DNA of 63,790 nucleotides, the filler included. It is 7 parts of 7 records of this genome, joined end to end, with 100 filler letters (N's around TTAATTAATTAA, not from the genome) between each part and the next. Parts side by side here need not be neighbours in the genome. Positions count along the whole stretch, not along the records: positions 28,924 to 44,090 come from SRR31147125_1493; positions 44,191 to 52,753 come from SRR31147125_1523; positions 52,854 to 58,658 come from SRR31147125_1592; 4 more parts are not named here. One strand, written 5' to 3'. Below the pieces are notes generated by a model. That model did no database searches and was not told where the DNA came from. It saw nothing but the letters and a program-made list of their open reading frames with translations. The position numbers and the translations under genes were made by a program. This document shows positions 42,935-53,064 of this stretch, one piece after another; position 1 is the first letter of the stretch; each line of letters starts with the position of its first letter.

Positions 42935-43396
42935 ATGAAAATATTAATAGTTTTTGATTCATTTTATGGCAACGGTACAAAAATAGCTCATGAAATTTGT
43001 GATAATTTATCTAAGGATAATGATGTCACCATTAAAAGAGTTCAAAATGCAGGTGGTATAGATGTATCCTCATATGATTTAGCAATAATAGGTTCTCCTA
43101 CAAGAGCATTCTCACCATCTCCTGACATAAAATCATTTGTGTCTTCACTTTCAAAAGGCACTAATAGTACATCATTTGCTCTTTACGATACCAACACACA
43201 TCCATCAAAATTAAATGGCTTTTTAAGGTTTTTAATTAAAATGACTGGATATTCCAACGATACATTGGCAAAGATTCTTAATAGAAAGAAATTAAACATT
43301 GTAGCTTTTGAAAAGTTTTATGTTATGGATTCGAAAGGTCCTTTAGCTGATGGCGAAATTGAAAAAGCTCATAAGTTTGCTGAAACACTTAGATAA
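42935..43396 (+). CDS. Flavodoxin-like protein
   Basis: ILIVFDSFYGNG, IIGSPT and GPLADGEIEKA. Confidence 0.85.
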   Translation: MKILIVFDSFYGNGTKIAHEICDNLSKDNDVTIKRVQNAGGIDVSSYDLAIIGSPTRAFSPSPDIKSFVSSLSKGTNSTSFALYDTNTHPSKLNGFLRFLIKMTGYSNDTLAKILNRKKLNIVAFEKFYVMDSKGPLADGEIEKAHKFAETLR

Positions 43397-43405
43397 GGAG
43401 TTATA

Positions 43406-43843
43406 ATGCAGGAAAAATTTTATAGTGTAGAAGAGATTTCCAAACTCATTGATATGCACCCAAAAACAATTCAAAGGTATATTAGAGAAGGCAAGATAAA
43501 AGCAACTAAGCTAGGAAAATCTTGGCGTATCTCTTCATCAGATCTAAAAAATTTCATGAATGTATCAGATATCACTCCACCAACATCTAAATCTGATTCT
43601 AAGATACGGAAAAAAGTCAAAATTTCTTCCGTTGTAGATATTGATGTGGAAAGCGTTGACGAAGCAATCAATATATCCAACATGATCACAGCATCTGTCA
43701 ACAGCAAGCCGAGTGATTTAGGCAAATCTTCTGTTAGTGTTCAGATACTAGAATCTGAGAAAAAAATTCGCATCATGCTTTGGGGTGGAATCGACTTTAC
43801 AGAGACCGTACTATATATGCTTAAAAATTACACCAACATATAG
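43406..43843 (+). CDS. Excisionase-like (HTH_17) DNA-binding protein with C-terminal domain
   Basis: YSVEEISKLIDMHPKTIQRYIREGKIKATKLGKSWRI. Confidence 0.85.
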   Translation: MQEKFYSVEEISKLIDMHPKTIQRYIREGKIKATKLGKSWRISSSDLKNFMNVSDITPPTSKSDSKIRKKVKISSVVDIDVESVDEAINISNMITASVNSKPSDLGKSSVSVQILESEKKIRIMLWGGIDFTETVLYMLKNYTNI

Positions 43844-43865
43844 CCTTATTATTCCTTATTCACTA

Positions 43866-43921
43866 TTGACGCATTACCTATAATTACTTATAATAACCTT
43901 GTTAGAAATAATAAGGTTGTT
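43866..43921 (+). promoter_or_regulatory. SigA promoter with an inverted repeat over the transcription start
   Basis: TTGACG-N17-TATAAT (43866-43894); AATAACCTTGTTA-GAAA-TAATAAGGTTGTT (43892-43921). Confidence 0.7.
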
Positions 43922-43934
43922 TGAGGTGTAAAAA

Positions 43935-44090
43935 ATGAGTAAGCAACTAATTTTTAAAAGCGCACAAGGAAAAAAAGAATATTGGATTCGTATAAGAGAC
44001 TGCTGTCAAAAGTGACATTTGAATACCAAGAGAGTTTTTTAGATACTACTTTTGGTAAGACATATGTTTTAAAAGCAGGAGACAAAAAAA
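43935..44090 (+). CDS. Alpha/beta hydrolase N-terminus (not in ORF track; homopolymer frameshift ~43975; truncated by gap)
   Basis: MSKQLIFKSAQGK…ILDSYKRLL…FLDTTFGKTYVLKAG; GAGGTG RBS. Confidence 0.6.
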
Positions 44091-44448
44091 NNNNNNNNNN
44101 NNNNNNNNNNNNNNNNNNNNNNNNNNNNNNNNNNTTAATTAATTAANNNNNNNNNNNNNNNNNNNNNNNNNNNNNNNNNNNNNNNNNNNNATGTGAATGT
44201 GGTAAAAAGTTTAATGCTTTTAAAGTACCGGAATAATCCCTTTTTGAGAAGACGATCACCAGCACATCCTGAATTAATATTGCTACATTTGATAATGTGT
44301 ATTATTTTTGGTACTTGACAAAACAACTAATTCTCATGTCTCAAGCCCCCCTCGTAACACAATGAGTTATATTAGGCATAATCCATTATGTCTTGTAAAC
44401 AATAAAAACGTTTGATCGTAATACTTTAATTTTTATTGAGGAATTAAA

Positions 44449-45930
44449 ATGATAAATTCTCAACAATCACGAAGACATTTCCTCAAAAAGATTGGATTAG
44501 GACTGTTATCTATAACAACCTCCTCAGTTTATGCAAAATCAAATGTGAAAAAACAACCAAACATCATACTCTTTATTGGTGATGACATCAGCTGGAACGA
44601 CTTGTGCTGTTATGGAAATACGGTTATTAAAACTCCCAATATTGACAGGATAGCCAAACAAGGCATAAAATTTACCAATGTCTTTTTAACAGCCAGCTCC
44701 TGTAGTCCGAGTCGCTGTAGTATCATTGCCGGCAGGTACCCGCATAACACGGGCGCAGCCGAGTTACACACACCTTTGCCCGCAGAGTTGCCCATTTTCC
44801 CGGTACTATTAAAAAAGCAGGGATATTATACAGTACAGGCAGGTAAATGGCATATGGGTCCTCATGCCAGGCGAGGATTTGATCATATTTATGACAAAAG
44901 AAAAGAAAACGGCGATGGCGGAGAAGAAAAATGGCTGGAATGTATTCAGAATCGCCCCAAAGACAAACCTTTTTTCGCCTGGTTTGCCTCCCATGATGCT
45001 CACAGGATTTGGGGGCCGAATGATTACAGCGGGACTCATAAACCGGCAAATGTAAAAACGCCGCCCTATCTGGTTAATGCTAAAGATACCAAAAAAGACC
45101 TGGCTGCTTATTATGATGAAATTTTTCGCTTTGATTCCTATATCGGACAAATCGAAAAAGAACTTGAAAGACAGGGTATTCTCGAAAATACGTTGATTAT
45201 GATTATGGCGGATAATGGTCGTCCCTTTCCAAGATGTAAAACCAGGGTGTATGATAGCGGCATGAAAACGCCTTTTGTGATAAAATGGACGGGTAGCAAT
45301 ACTAAAAAAGGAGCTGACTGTCACAGTCTGATTAGCAGCATTGATATTGCCCCGACTCTATTACATCTGGCAGGTGCGGATATTCCTTCCTCTTTTCAGG
45401 GTAAAAGTTTTCATAAAATTTTACAAAATCCGGAGTCACCATTTAGAAAATATATATTCAGTGAACACAATTGGCACGATCATGAAGCCCATGAACGCAT
45501 GTTGAGGACAAAAGATTATTTATATGTACTTAACTCCAGAGCGCAATTTAGCAATCAAGGTCCGGCAGATTCAATTCACAGTCTCTCATTTAAGGATTTA
45601 AAAACATTACGGGATCAGGGAGAACTCACTTCTGCACAGGCAGATGTTTTCGTTACGCCTCGTCCCAGGGAGGAATTGTTTGATTGTAGAAACGATTCTC
45701 ACCAATTGGTCAATGTGGCTTCATTAGAAAAGTATCAAACCAAATTGGTAGAGTTACGAAATGTCATGACAGACTGGCAACAAGAGACAAAGGATGATAC
45801 ACCTGACAATCTGACAAAGGACTGGTATGACCGGGAGACAGGTGACGCTCTGGATGTAGAACGGAATCGGGGTGTTATGCCCGGTGCGAAAACAGATGCC
45901 ATTAAAACAAATGCCTCAGGACCATTTTAA
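44449..45930 (+). CDS. Tat-exported formylglycine-dependent sulfatase (sulfamidase-like)
   Basis: SRRHFLKK Tat motif; PNIILFIGDD, CSPSR, GKWH, ADNG and DIAPT. Confidence 0.93.
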   Translation: MINSQQSRRHFLKKIGLGLLSITTSSVYAKSNVKKQPNIILFIGDDISWNDLCCYGNTVIKTPNIDRIAKQGIKFTNVFLTASSCSPSRCSIIAGRYPHNTGAAELHTPLPAELPIFPVLLKKQGYYTVQAGKWHMGPHARRGFDHIYDKRKENGDGGEEKWLECIQNRPKDKPFFAWFASHDAHRIWGPNDYSGTHKPANVKTPPYLVNAKDTKKDLAAYYDEIFRFDSYIGQIEKELERQGILENTLIMIMADNGRPFPRCKTRVYDSGMKTPFVIKWTGSNTKKGADCHSLISSIDIAPTLLHLAGADIPSSFQGKSFHKILQNPESPFRKYIFSEHNWHDHEAHERMLRTKDYLYVLNSRAQFSNQGPADSIHSLSFKDLKTLRDQGELTSAQADVFVTPRPREELFDCRNDSHQLVNVASLEKYQTKLVELRNVMTDWQQETKDDTPDNLTKDWYDRETGDALDVERNRGVMPGAKTDAIKTNASGPF

Positions 45931-45993
45931 AATATATTGATTTACTTGTGAGCGATTAAAGCATGCTAATATAATGAAAAACAGGAAGAAAAA

Positions 45994-46454
45994 ATGTCTG
46001 GCACAACATTGCGTACCATTATCACCCTTGTCCTTTTATTCCATGGTGTGGGGCATATCATGGGTATCATTCCTGCGCTAGGTCTGGTCAATACGGAGTC
46101 AACTAACCAGGACTGGCTCAAAAACTGGTCCAGTTATTCCTGGTTGTTGACGGATGTTTTAGGGGATTCAGGTTCCCGTATCCTTTGTTTTGGTTTATTT
46201 CTGATCGGATTGATCGGATTTGTTGGCGCCGCTTTGGGACTATATGGATGGCTTATTCCTCATGAATGGTGGCGCATGCTGGCCATTGGTTCTTCAATGA
46301 TTTCTCTTGTCACGATTTTACTCTTTTGGAACGCTCTCATCCTTTTTTTCCACACAAGATGGGTGCTATTGGTGTTAATGTGGCTGTCCTGGTTTGTTTA
46401 ATATGGATAAACTGGCCGGCAGAAGCCGGCTATCGGATATTAGGCTTACCATAA
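45994..46454 (+). CDS. Hypothetical membrane protein (frameshift ~46350)
   Basis: HGVGHIMG, SWLL and hydrophobic helices; continues as FFPHKMGAIGVNVAVLV in the second ORF. Confidence 0.7.
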
Positions 46455-46492
46455 AACTATTATTAATAATAAACTATTATGATCAGTAAATA

Positions 46493-47185
46493 GTGCTTAA
46501 AAAAATTGAACCTTTTTGTGAAAAATCAGAAAATATTGTTTTTTTCGGCTGGCATGCATGTTCTTGTACAGATTGCAACAAACATGTTAGCGACCAAACC
46601 TGGATGGTTTTTAAAAAGAATTCAGGGATTTTATGCCTTTCCTGTGCTCAGCTGGATCATTTGATTTTCCTGCCATCCGGTGATGCCGCTTTAACCAGAC
46701 GCGCTCAAAAACATTCAACATTGTCTGCGATTGTGCTCAAGTGGAATCCGCGCCGCAAACGTTATGAAAGACAGGGATTACTGGTCGAGTCAGCTGGACT
46801 TGAAAAGGCCAAGGTAGAGTGCCTGGCTGATAAAGGAAAGAGAGAACAACGAAGAAAACATGATGCTTGCAGACGGGAAAAACTGGACCAACAGTATGTT
46901 CAAGACTTTGCCTTGCAAATTCGACAATATTACCCGGGATGCCCGGCAGAAAGAGAATTTCTTATCGCCGAGCATGCCTGTTTAAAATACAGTGGCAGAG
47001 TCGGTCGATCCGCCCGGGCAAAAGAATTTTCCCCAAAAATGATTCGACTGGCCGTGATCGCACACATCCGGCATATCGAAACAGACTATGATGATTTACT
47101 GGCAAACGGTTATAGAAAAAAACAGGCCAGGACAAAGGTAGAAGAAAACATTTTACATCTTTTACAGCTGTGGCAAGAAAATTAG
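46493..47185 (+). CDS. DUF2293-family protein (copy 1)
   Basis: CxxC…CLSCA.LDHL.FLPSGDAALTRR, YERQGLLVE, IAEHA..KYSGRVGRS and AHIRH.ETDYD. Confidence 0.85.
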   Translation: MLKKIEPFCEKSENIVFFGWHACSCTDCNKHVSDQTWMVFKKNSGILCLSCAQLDHLIFLPSGDAALTRRAQKHSTLSAIVLKWNPRRKRYERQGLLVESAGLEKAKVECLADKGKREQRRKHDACRREKLDQQYVQDFALQIRQYYPGCPAEREFLIAEHACLKYSGRVGRSARAKEFSPKMIRLAVIAHIRHIETDYDDLLANGYRKKQARTKVEENILHLLQLWQEN

Positions 47186-47281
47186 AAAAGATAACATGTG
47201 CCACGAGTGCGAAAAGCACTGGTAAAGTAACCAACAAAATTACAAAACCAACTATCGTTGAAGAGCCGAAGGGTATTTGAA

Positions 47282-48562
47282 ATGAAAAAAATATTTCTAC
47301 TTGTAGTCTTTTGTTGTTTTTGGGGGTGCACAAGCGATAAAATGTCAGAAAACCTGGCCCCCCAAATTACAAATGATACAAATCTAAAACAGGTCGTGCA
47401 AAAATCCATAGACATCGTCAAAACCGGATTCAATGCCGGGGATGGTTATAATGAAGTCTGGATTCGGGATTATAACACGTTCATTCGCCTGGCTTGTGAT
47501 GTGCATCCATTGGAAATGGTTCGTGAAAATTTGCTGGTGTTCTTTCGTTTACAGGGTGTTGACGGAAACATTATTGATGGTTTTGTCCCAAAGGAGAAAG
47601 CCAATATTAACTATGATTACGTTGCTTCTGATCTGGAACCTGGTTACCTGGGACATAAAAATTCCGTAGAAACAGATCAGGAATCATCGTTGATACAGGC
47701 AATTTATAAATACGTCAAGAAAACAGGGGATAATGAATTTTTACAAAAACCGGTTGCCGGAACAACAGTAGCGCAGGGGATGGAACGGGCGCTGGAATTC
47801 CTGATAAACGAACGTTATAATGAAAAATATGGCCTCATCTATGGTGCCACAACCGTGGACTGGGGTGATGTGCAACCGGAACATGACTGGGGCGTGGATA
47901 TTGACGAAAACACTCACTTTGCCATCGATGTATATGATAATGCCATGTTTTTAATTGCTCTGGATAATTTTATCGAATTAGTTCCGGAAAAAGTGGATAA
48001 ATGGAAATCGATTCGAAAAAACATAGCTCAAAATGTCCGGCAACATCTTTGGGATAAAGAACGTAATAAATTTATCCCGCACATTTATCTTAATGGTTCT
48101 CCTTTTCCGGATGATTTTGATGAAGACGTTATATTTTACCACGGTGGTACGGCTGTCGCCATTGAGGCCGATTTGTTATCCAGGCCGGAAATTGAGATGT
48201 CGCTAAACAGCATGTTAGAAAACGTCAAAAAAGCCGGTGCGGCCTCGATAGGATTAACCATTTATCCACCCTATCCTCACGGATTTTTTAAAAACAAAGC
48301 AATGGTTCCCTATGGTTACCAAAATGGTGGAGACTGGACCTGGTTTGGCGGCAGGATGATCCAGCAACTGGTGCGATATGGCTTTGTAAACGAGGCTTAC
48401 CAGCATATCCAGCCCATGATAAAAAGAGTTATTGACAATGATGGTTTTTACGAAGTGTATTCAAAAGATAATGAACCAAAAGGTTCCGGTACATTCCGCG
48501 GTTCAGCCGGTGTTTTATATGATGCGATCCAATTATTGTATGACTGGGCTGAAAACAAATAA
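47282..48562 (+). CDS. Lipoprotein (alpha/alpha)6 glycoside hydrolase-like protein (amylo-alpha-1,6-glucosidase-like)
   Basis: Signal peptide with FWGC; EVWIRD, ETDQES, DWGDVQPE, YQNGGDWTWFGG and GFYE. Confidence 0.7.
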   Translation: MKKIFLLVVFCCFWGCTSDKMSENLAPQITNDTNLKQVVQKSIDIVKTGFNAGDGYNEVWIRDYNTFIRLACDVHPLEMVRENLLVFFRLQGVDGNIIDGFVPKEKANINYDYVASDLEPGYLGHKNSVETDQESSLIQAIYKYVKKTGDNEFLQKPVAGTTVAQGMERALEFLINERYNEKYGLIYGATTVDWGDVQPEHDWGVDIDENTHFAIDVYDNAMFLIALDNFIELVPEKVDKWKSIRKNIAQNVRQHLWDKERNKFIPHIYLNGSPFPDDFDEDVIFYHGGTAVAIEADLLSRPEIEMSLNSMLENVKKAGAASIGLTIYPPYPHGFFKNKAMVPYGYQNGGDWTWFGGRMIQQLVRYGFVNEAYQHIQPMIKRVIDNDGFYEVYSKDNEPKGSGTFRGSAGVLYDAIQLLYDWAENK

Positions 48563-48645
48563 AATATCAGTTTTATTACCAGGACGGCCAGAAAATTAAA
48601 TTAATCTACATTTTTTAATGTAATCATTTTAATTCTGGAATTATC

Positions 48646-49320
48646 ATGAAAAATGACAAACAAGAAATAACCGTTATTATCAGTTTGCGAGACTCCACCT
48701 GCTCGGAATGTAAGGAAAATCTGGGTCATCACGCCTGGATAACATTGGATAGAGAAAAAGGAGCTCTTTGTCTCTCATGCGCGGATCTGGATCACCTGAC
48801 TTATTTACCATCCGGTGATGCCGCCTTGACGAGACGTTCAAAAAAATATTCCACATTATACGCTGTCGTTCTTTTGTGGAGCCGTACCAGAAGACAATAC
48901 GAAAGACAGGGACTACTGGTTGAACAGGAAGCCCTTGATAAAGCTGAAACAGAGTGCCTGGCTGACAGCGAATTAAGAGAACAAAGAAGAATACGAGAGG
49001 CTCTCAAACGAGAGGAACTGGACCAAAAATATATAACAGAATTTGCCAGACAAATCCGCCAGTTCTATCCTGCCTGTCCACAACAAAGAGAATTCACAAT
49101 TGCCGAACATGCCTGTATGAAATACACTGGTCGGGTTGGCAGATCAGCTGCCGCAAAAGAATTTTCCGAGAACTCCATTTTCCTTGCTGTGAGAGCCCAC
49201 ATTCGCCACCGTGAGACAAATTACGATGAGTTTATAATGCAAGGTTTTGAGAGATACGAAGCCAGGGAGCGGGTAGAAGAAAAGGTTGAACAAATCCTGC
49301 AGGAATGGCAGAAAAAATGA
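48646..49320 (+). CDS. DUF2293-family protein (copy 2)
   Basis: Same motif set as 46493-47185 (CSEC…CLSC, LPSGDAALTRR, GRVGRS, AHIRHRETNYD). Confidence 0.85.
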   Translation: MKNDKQEITVIISLRDSTCSECKENLGHHAWITLDREKGALCLSCADLDHLTYLPSGDAALTRRSKKYSTLYAVVLLWSRTRRQYERQGLLVEQEALDKAETECLADSELREQRRIREALKREELDQKYITEFARQIRQFYPACPQQREFTIAEHACMKYTGRVGRSAAAKEFSENSIFLAVRAHIRHRETNYDEFIMQGFERYEARERVEEKVEQILQEWQKK

Positions 49321-49343
49321 GGTGATTAAAATAATAAATTCAT

Positions 49344-49739
49344 TTATTGAACAAGCACCTTTAGGGGGAGATTGGTTACAAGTGCATCAAAATCATGATC
49401 AGCATGTAATATTGTTAAATTCTCTTCAATACAAAATGTAGCAATAATAACATCAATTGTTTTCCGAACGGTAATTCCCCTTTTTCGCAAAGTGCGATAA
49501 TTTTGAGCACTTTTTATAGCAATTTTATAACCTCCCATTTGACGAAAAGCAAGAGTGCCAAGGTATGCTTTTGCTTTTTCATAATCTTTATCAGATCGAA
49601 ATCCCTGCAAAATTTCTGTGAGTATTAAATCACCCATAATTATTGGGACATCTGATATCAAATCGTCCAAAAGATCTGTTTGCCATGTTTTAATACCATT
49701 AAAATAATTTATCCACACAGACGAGTCTACAAGGATCAT
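49344..49739 (-). CDS. vapC: PIN-domain toxin
   Basis: MILVDSSVWI, EILQG, TIDVIIA and HADHDF. Confidence 0.93.
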   Translation of the reverse strand: MILVDSSVWINYFNGIKTWQTDLLDDLISDVPIIMGDLILTEILQGFRSDKDYEKAKAYLGTLAFRQMGGYKIAIKSAQNYRTLRKRGITVRKTIDVIIATFCIEENLTILHADHDFDALVTNLPLKVLVQ

Positions 49740-49930
49740 AAATCCAGCCTCATCCTTTCAAGATCTCCATCCCATACTAATTTACCTCGTAAATTTTTAA
49801 TTCTTTCCTGTTTTTTTATTTGAACTAATAAACGCAAACCCGTCTCAACTACAGCTCTTTTGGTCTTCAGTTGACTGAGTTCCATTGCTTCGGACAGAAG
49901 TTCATCATCAATAACAATATTTGTACGCAT
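49736..49930 (-). CDS. vapB: Antitoxin (RHH, DUF2191-like)
   Basis: MRTNIVIDDELL…TKRAVVE…LRGKLVWDGDL; 4-nt overlap with vapC; AGGAGG RBS. Confidence 0.93.
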   Translation of the reverse strand: MRTNIVIDDELLSEAMELSQLKTKRAVVETGLRLLVQIKKQERIKNLRGKLVWDGDLERMRLDL

Positions 49931-49941
49931 AAAACCTCCTG

Positions 49942-49970
49942 ATGTGTATATATTCACAATTAATACACAT
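49942..49970. promoter_or_regulatory. Probable vapBC autoregulatory operator
   Basis: ATGTGTAT-N13-ATACACAT and nested TGTG-N8-CACA palindromes just upstream of the RBS. Confidence 0.6.
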
Positions 49971-50171
49971 TATTACAACCAAAAACAAATCTTTTTCTTA
50001 CTTTATTCATATTACTAAAATTTTCAGGATTATAAATGCTTCTAATTGCGACAGAATCTCGCGGCAGAGGCAATGACTGAGGTGAAAAATGATTACACGG
50101 GATAATCCTTTTTATTCTCATGACAGTCAGGAAAATAGAGTGCCTTCTCATATTTTCGAGTAGTAAAAGAA

Positions 50172-50876
50172 TTAAACCTTTTCATTCATTATTTTCAACT
50201 TGAATCCTTTCCCGTGAATATTATTGATTTGAATATTGGGATCCTTTTTTAGATATTTTCGCAGCTTTGTAATATAAACATCCATACTTCTGGACGTGAA
50301 AATATTATCATCACCCCAAACAAGTTTCAAGGTCACTTCCCGGTCAAGAATCTGGTTTCGGTGTAAACAAAGCAAACGAAGCAGTTCAGATTCCTTATTG
50401 GTTAAATTATGCAGGTTATTTCCCTGAATCAGACATTGTTGGATATAATCAAAGCTGTAAGTTCCAATTTGAAACAGTTGTTTCTCACATTCTCGCATCG
50501 CCGGATAACTCCGTCTCAGGACCGCTTGAATCCTCAAAACCAGTTCTTCAATGCTGAATGGTTTGGTGATATAATCATCACACCCGGCCTTAAATCCCTC
50601 TATACGATCCTCTTTTAATGATTTTGCTGTCAGGAAAATAATCGGAATCTCCGGATTTACCTGCCGGATTTCGTGTGCGAGCGTAAAACCATCTTTTTGG
50701 GGTAGCATGATATCAATCAAACATAGATCAAACCGACCATTAAGAAATTCCGAATAAGCGCTATCACCATTTTCAGAAAGGGTAACGGAAAAACCATGCA
50801 ATTCCAAAGATTCCAGAGTCACCAATCCCAGATTCGGATCATCTTCTACGAGTAAAAGTTTGCTAAAATCGTTCAT
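50172..50876 (-). CDS. OmpR-family response regulator (RprY-like)
   Basis: LLVEDDPNLG, DIMLP, FLTAK, DDYITKPF and RSMDVYITKLRKYL. Confidence 0.93.
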   Translation of the reverse strand: MNDFSKLLLVEDDPNLGLVTLESLELHGFSVTLSENGDSAYSEFLNGRFDLCLIDIMLPQKDGFTLAHEIRQVNPEIPIIFLTAKSLKEDRIEGFKAGCDDYITKPFSIEELVLRIQAVLRRSYPAMRECEKQLFQIGTYSFDYIQQCLIQGNNLHNLTNKESELLRLLCLHRNQILDREVTLKLVWGDDNIFTSRSMDVYITKLRKYLKKDPNIQINNIHGKGFKLKIMNEKV

Positions 50877-50908
50877 AATCATCCTACAGCAATTTTGTGT
50901 TTACCTGG

Positions 50909-52591
50909 TTATTTGCAAGTCGGTAAATATATAGAAAAAATAGAATATACATCGAAATGACTCGTCACCTCAACATATCCTCCATGGGCTTCGGCAATAA
51001 GCTTGACATAGTTTAATCCCAATCCAAATCCTTTAACATTATGTATGTTACCTGTTGATACACGGTAATATTTCTGGAATATCTTTTTCATTTCATTGCT
51101 ATGTATACCAATTCCATTATCTCTAACAGATATTTTTAAAAAATGGTCTACGTTTTCGGTAAAAACCTCGATATCAGGATGGCGGTTGGTGTATTTGGCG
51201 GCATTGTCCATCAAATTATACAAGCTGTTCATAATATGTATTTTGTCCACTTTTGACTGATAATACTCAGCATTCAGATTGTCAACAATGATGCCATTTA
51301 GCCTGTTCAGGTTTAATTTAAAATGATTTATAGAATCCTGAATCAGTAGATGCATATCTGTCATTTCAAAATTGAGTTCGAGATCTCCATTCTCCAGTGC
51401 GGCCATGTTCAGGATTTTGTCGACCTGTTTCCGCATTCGAGAGCTCTCATCACGAATAATGCTACTATATTTCTGCAGCCGTTGAGGATACGCTGAAATC
51501 TCTGATTTTGTTATCGTCTCACTGGCAATAGAGATGGTGGAAAGAGGCGTTTTGAATTCATGAGTCATGTTATTAATAAACTCTACAAGGTGACGTGAAA
51601 ATCGGTTCTGCACGAGTGTAGTGCGTATGACAAAAATAAAACTGCCAAATATCGCTAAAAGAAACAGCAAAGTTATGATAACGGATGATCTGAGTTGTTT
51701 ATAAGACGAAGTGACCTGATTGGCAAAATGAATAACCAAATCGTTTGGTTCCACAAATGTGTCATGGGGAAAAAGCTGTGTTCTGAACTCAGATTGCCTT
51801 AAAGTTTCAACTCTAACACCGGGTGTAATATGAATGATCGAATCATTTTTTGTTGCAATGATTCCATAATTTGCTTTCAAAGTGATTCCATATTCCTGCA
51901 GTGTCACCTGGACAATGGAATCCAGTATGGCAAAATCAACCCTTTCTTCAATCGGCATTGGCTGAAATATCAAATACTGTTCCAGGACTTTATCCAACAA
52001 AGCATGACGTGTCTCATCCAGCTCCGGATCGATAACAAGCCTCCCGGGCGAGGACTTGTCCAGGTAAAATGGATATAGCACCTCATCCACATAAAAATTA
52101 AAATGAGTAAACCGTTCCTCTCCAATGTGATCCAGGGGGATCTCGTGTATACCTGCTGTTCGGATTTCATTGAATATGGTGTTCACCTCTTTTTTGTTTT
52201 GATCCAACTTTACCAGGCGAACGAGTCTTTCGGTGCGAAGATGCAGAACTATCTTGTTATTATGAATTTGCACGTTTGATTTAAACTGACGATTATTCTT
52301 AAACACAAACTTTTTGCTGTTATTATTCGTATCCCGATCAAATACATGCATGGTTGTTGTATTATATGATCCGGTGCTGTCAACACCTACCGATACCCGG
52401 ATGATCCTCTTGAGCATTTCCCGGGTTTCCAGCTTTTGCACAATACTTGTTAAAGCGCCACTTACATTATAATGAAATATTTCATGACTTTGCCTGACGG
52501 CCTGGCTCAAATGCATGATTTGAATAATTATTAATCCTGTAAAAGCAAGGCTTACAAGTACGATGATATAAAAAGTTTTTTTCTGTTCCAT
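50909..52591 (-). CDS. Sensor histidine kinase (RprX-like)
   Basis: Two TM helices; FINNMTHEFKTP, NLMDNAAKY, DNGIGI and HNVKGFGLGL. Confidence 0.93.
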   Translation of the reverse strand: MEQKKTFYIIVLVSLAFTGLIIIQIMHLSQAVRQSHEIFHYNVSGALTSIVQKLETREMLKRIIRVSVGVDSTGSYNTTTMHVFDRDTNNNSKKFVFKNNRQFKSNVQIHNNKIVLHLRTERLVRLVKLDQNKKEVNTIFNEIRTAGIHEIPLDHIGEERFTHFNFYVDEVLYPFYLDKSSPGRLVIDPELDETRHALLDKVLEQYLIFQPMPIEERVDFAILDSIVQVTLQEYGITLKANYGIIATKNDSIIHITPGVRVETLRQSEFRTQLFPHDTFVEPNDLVIHFANQVTSSYKQLRSSVIITLLFLLAIFGSFIFVIRTTLVQNRFSRHLVEFINNMTHEFKTPLSTISIASETITKSEISAYPQRLQKYSSIIRDESSRMRKQVDKILNMAALENGDLELNFEMTDMHLLIQDSINHFKLNLNRLNGIIVDNLNAEYYQSKVDKIHIMNSLYNLMDNAAKYTNRHPDIEVFTENVDHFLKISVRDNGIGIHSNEMKKIFQKYYRVSTGNIHNVKGFGLGLNYVKLIAEAHGGYVEVTSHFDVYSIFSIYLPTCK

Positions 52592-52632
52592 TTCATAGCA
52601 TTAATGTACGTAAGAAATATCAAATAGATTTA

Positions 52633-52662
52633 TTTTTTAACATTTTTTAACACTTTTTAAGC
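52633..52662. promoter_or_regulatory. Three 10-bp tandem repeats, likely OmpR-type regulator binding site
   Basis: TTTTTTAACA-TTTTTTAACA-CTTTTTAAGC. Confidence 0.55.
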
Positions 52663-53064
52663 ATTTTTTCATAAACAAATGAACGTCGTTTACGTACACG
52701 AGAGTGAAGAACAAAACATCATTCTGTTTTATCCATTCTTGAAAGGAATTAAANNNNNNNNNNNNNNNNNNNNNNNNNNNNNNNNNNNNNNNNNNNNTTA
52801 ATTAATTAANNNNNNNNNNNNNNNNNNNNNNNNNNNNNNNNNNNNNNNNNNNNTTTTTCAATATTGTCAGTTGATCCATTACGTAAAATATTTATGTATA
52901 TTTCGACAATACTTATTCCGATTTCACTGTTAAAATATTCTTTCTCATATAGAGGTTTGATGGGTAAAAATAAATTTTTCCAACTCTATAAAAAGAAAAT
53001 CTTTCATTAATATGTTATTAGTACCAGTTTCACAATTATCGTAAAAGTTTAAGAGGTTAGCACG

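Noticed and set aside
44191-44340. Minus-strand partial ORF at the contig edge
   Set aside because: No motif and ambiguous frame.
44449-49930. Integron cassette array (co-oriented unrelated genes plus a TA pair)
   Set aside because: No attC-like repeats in the intergenic regions and no integrase.
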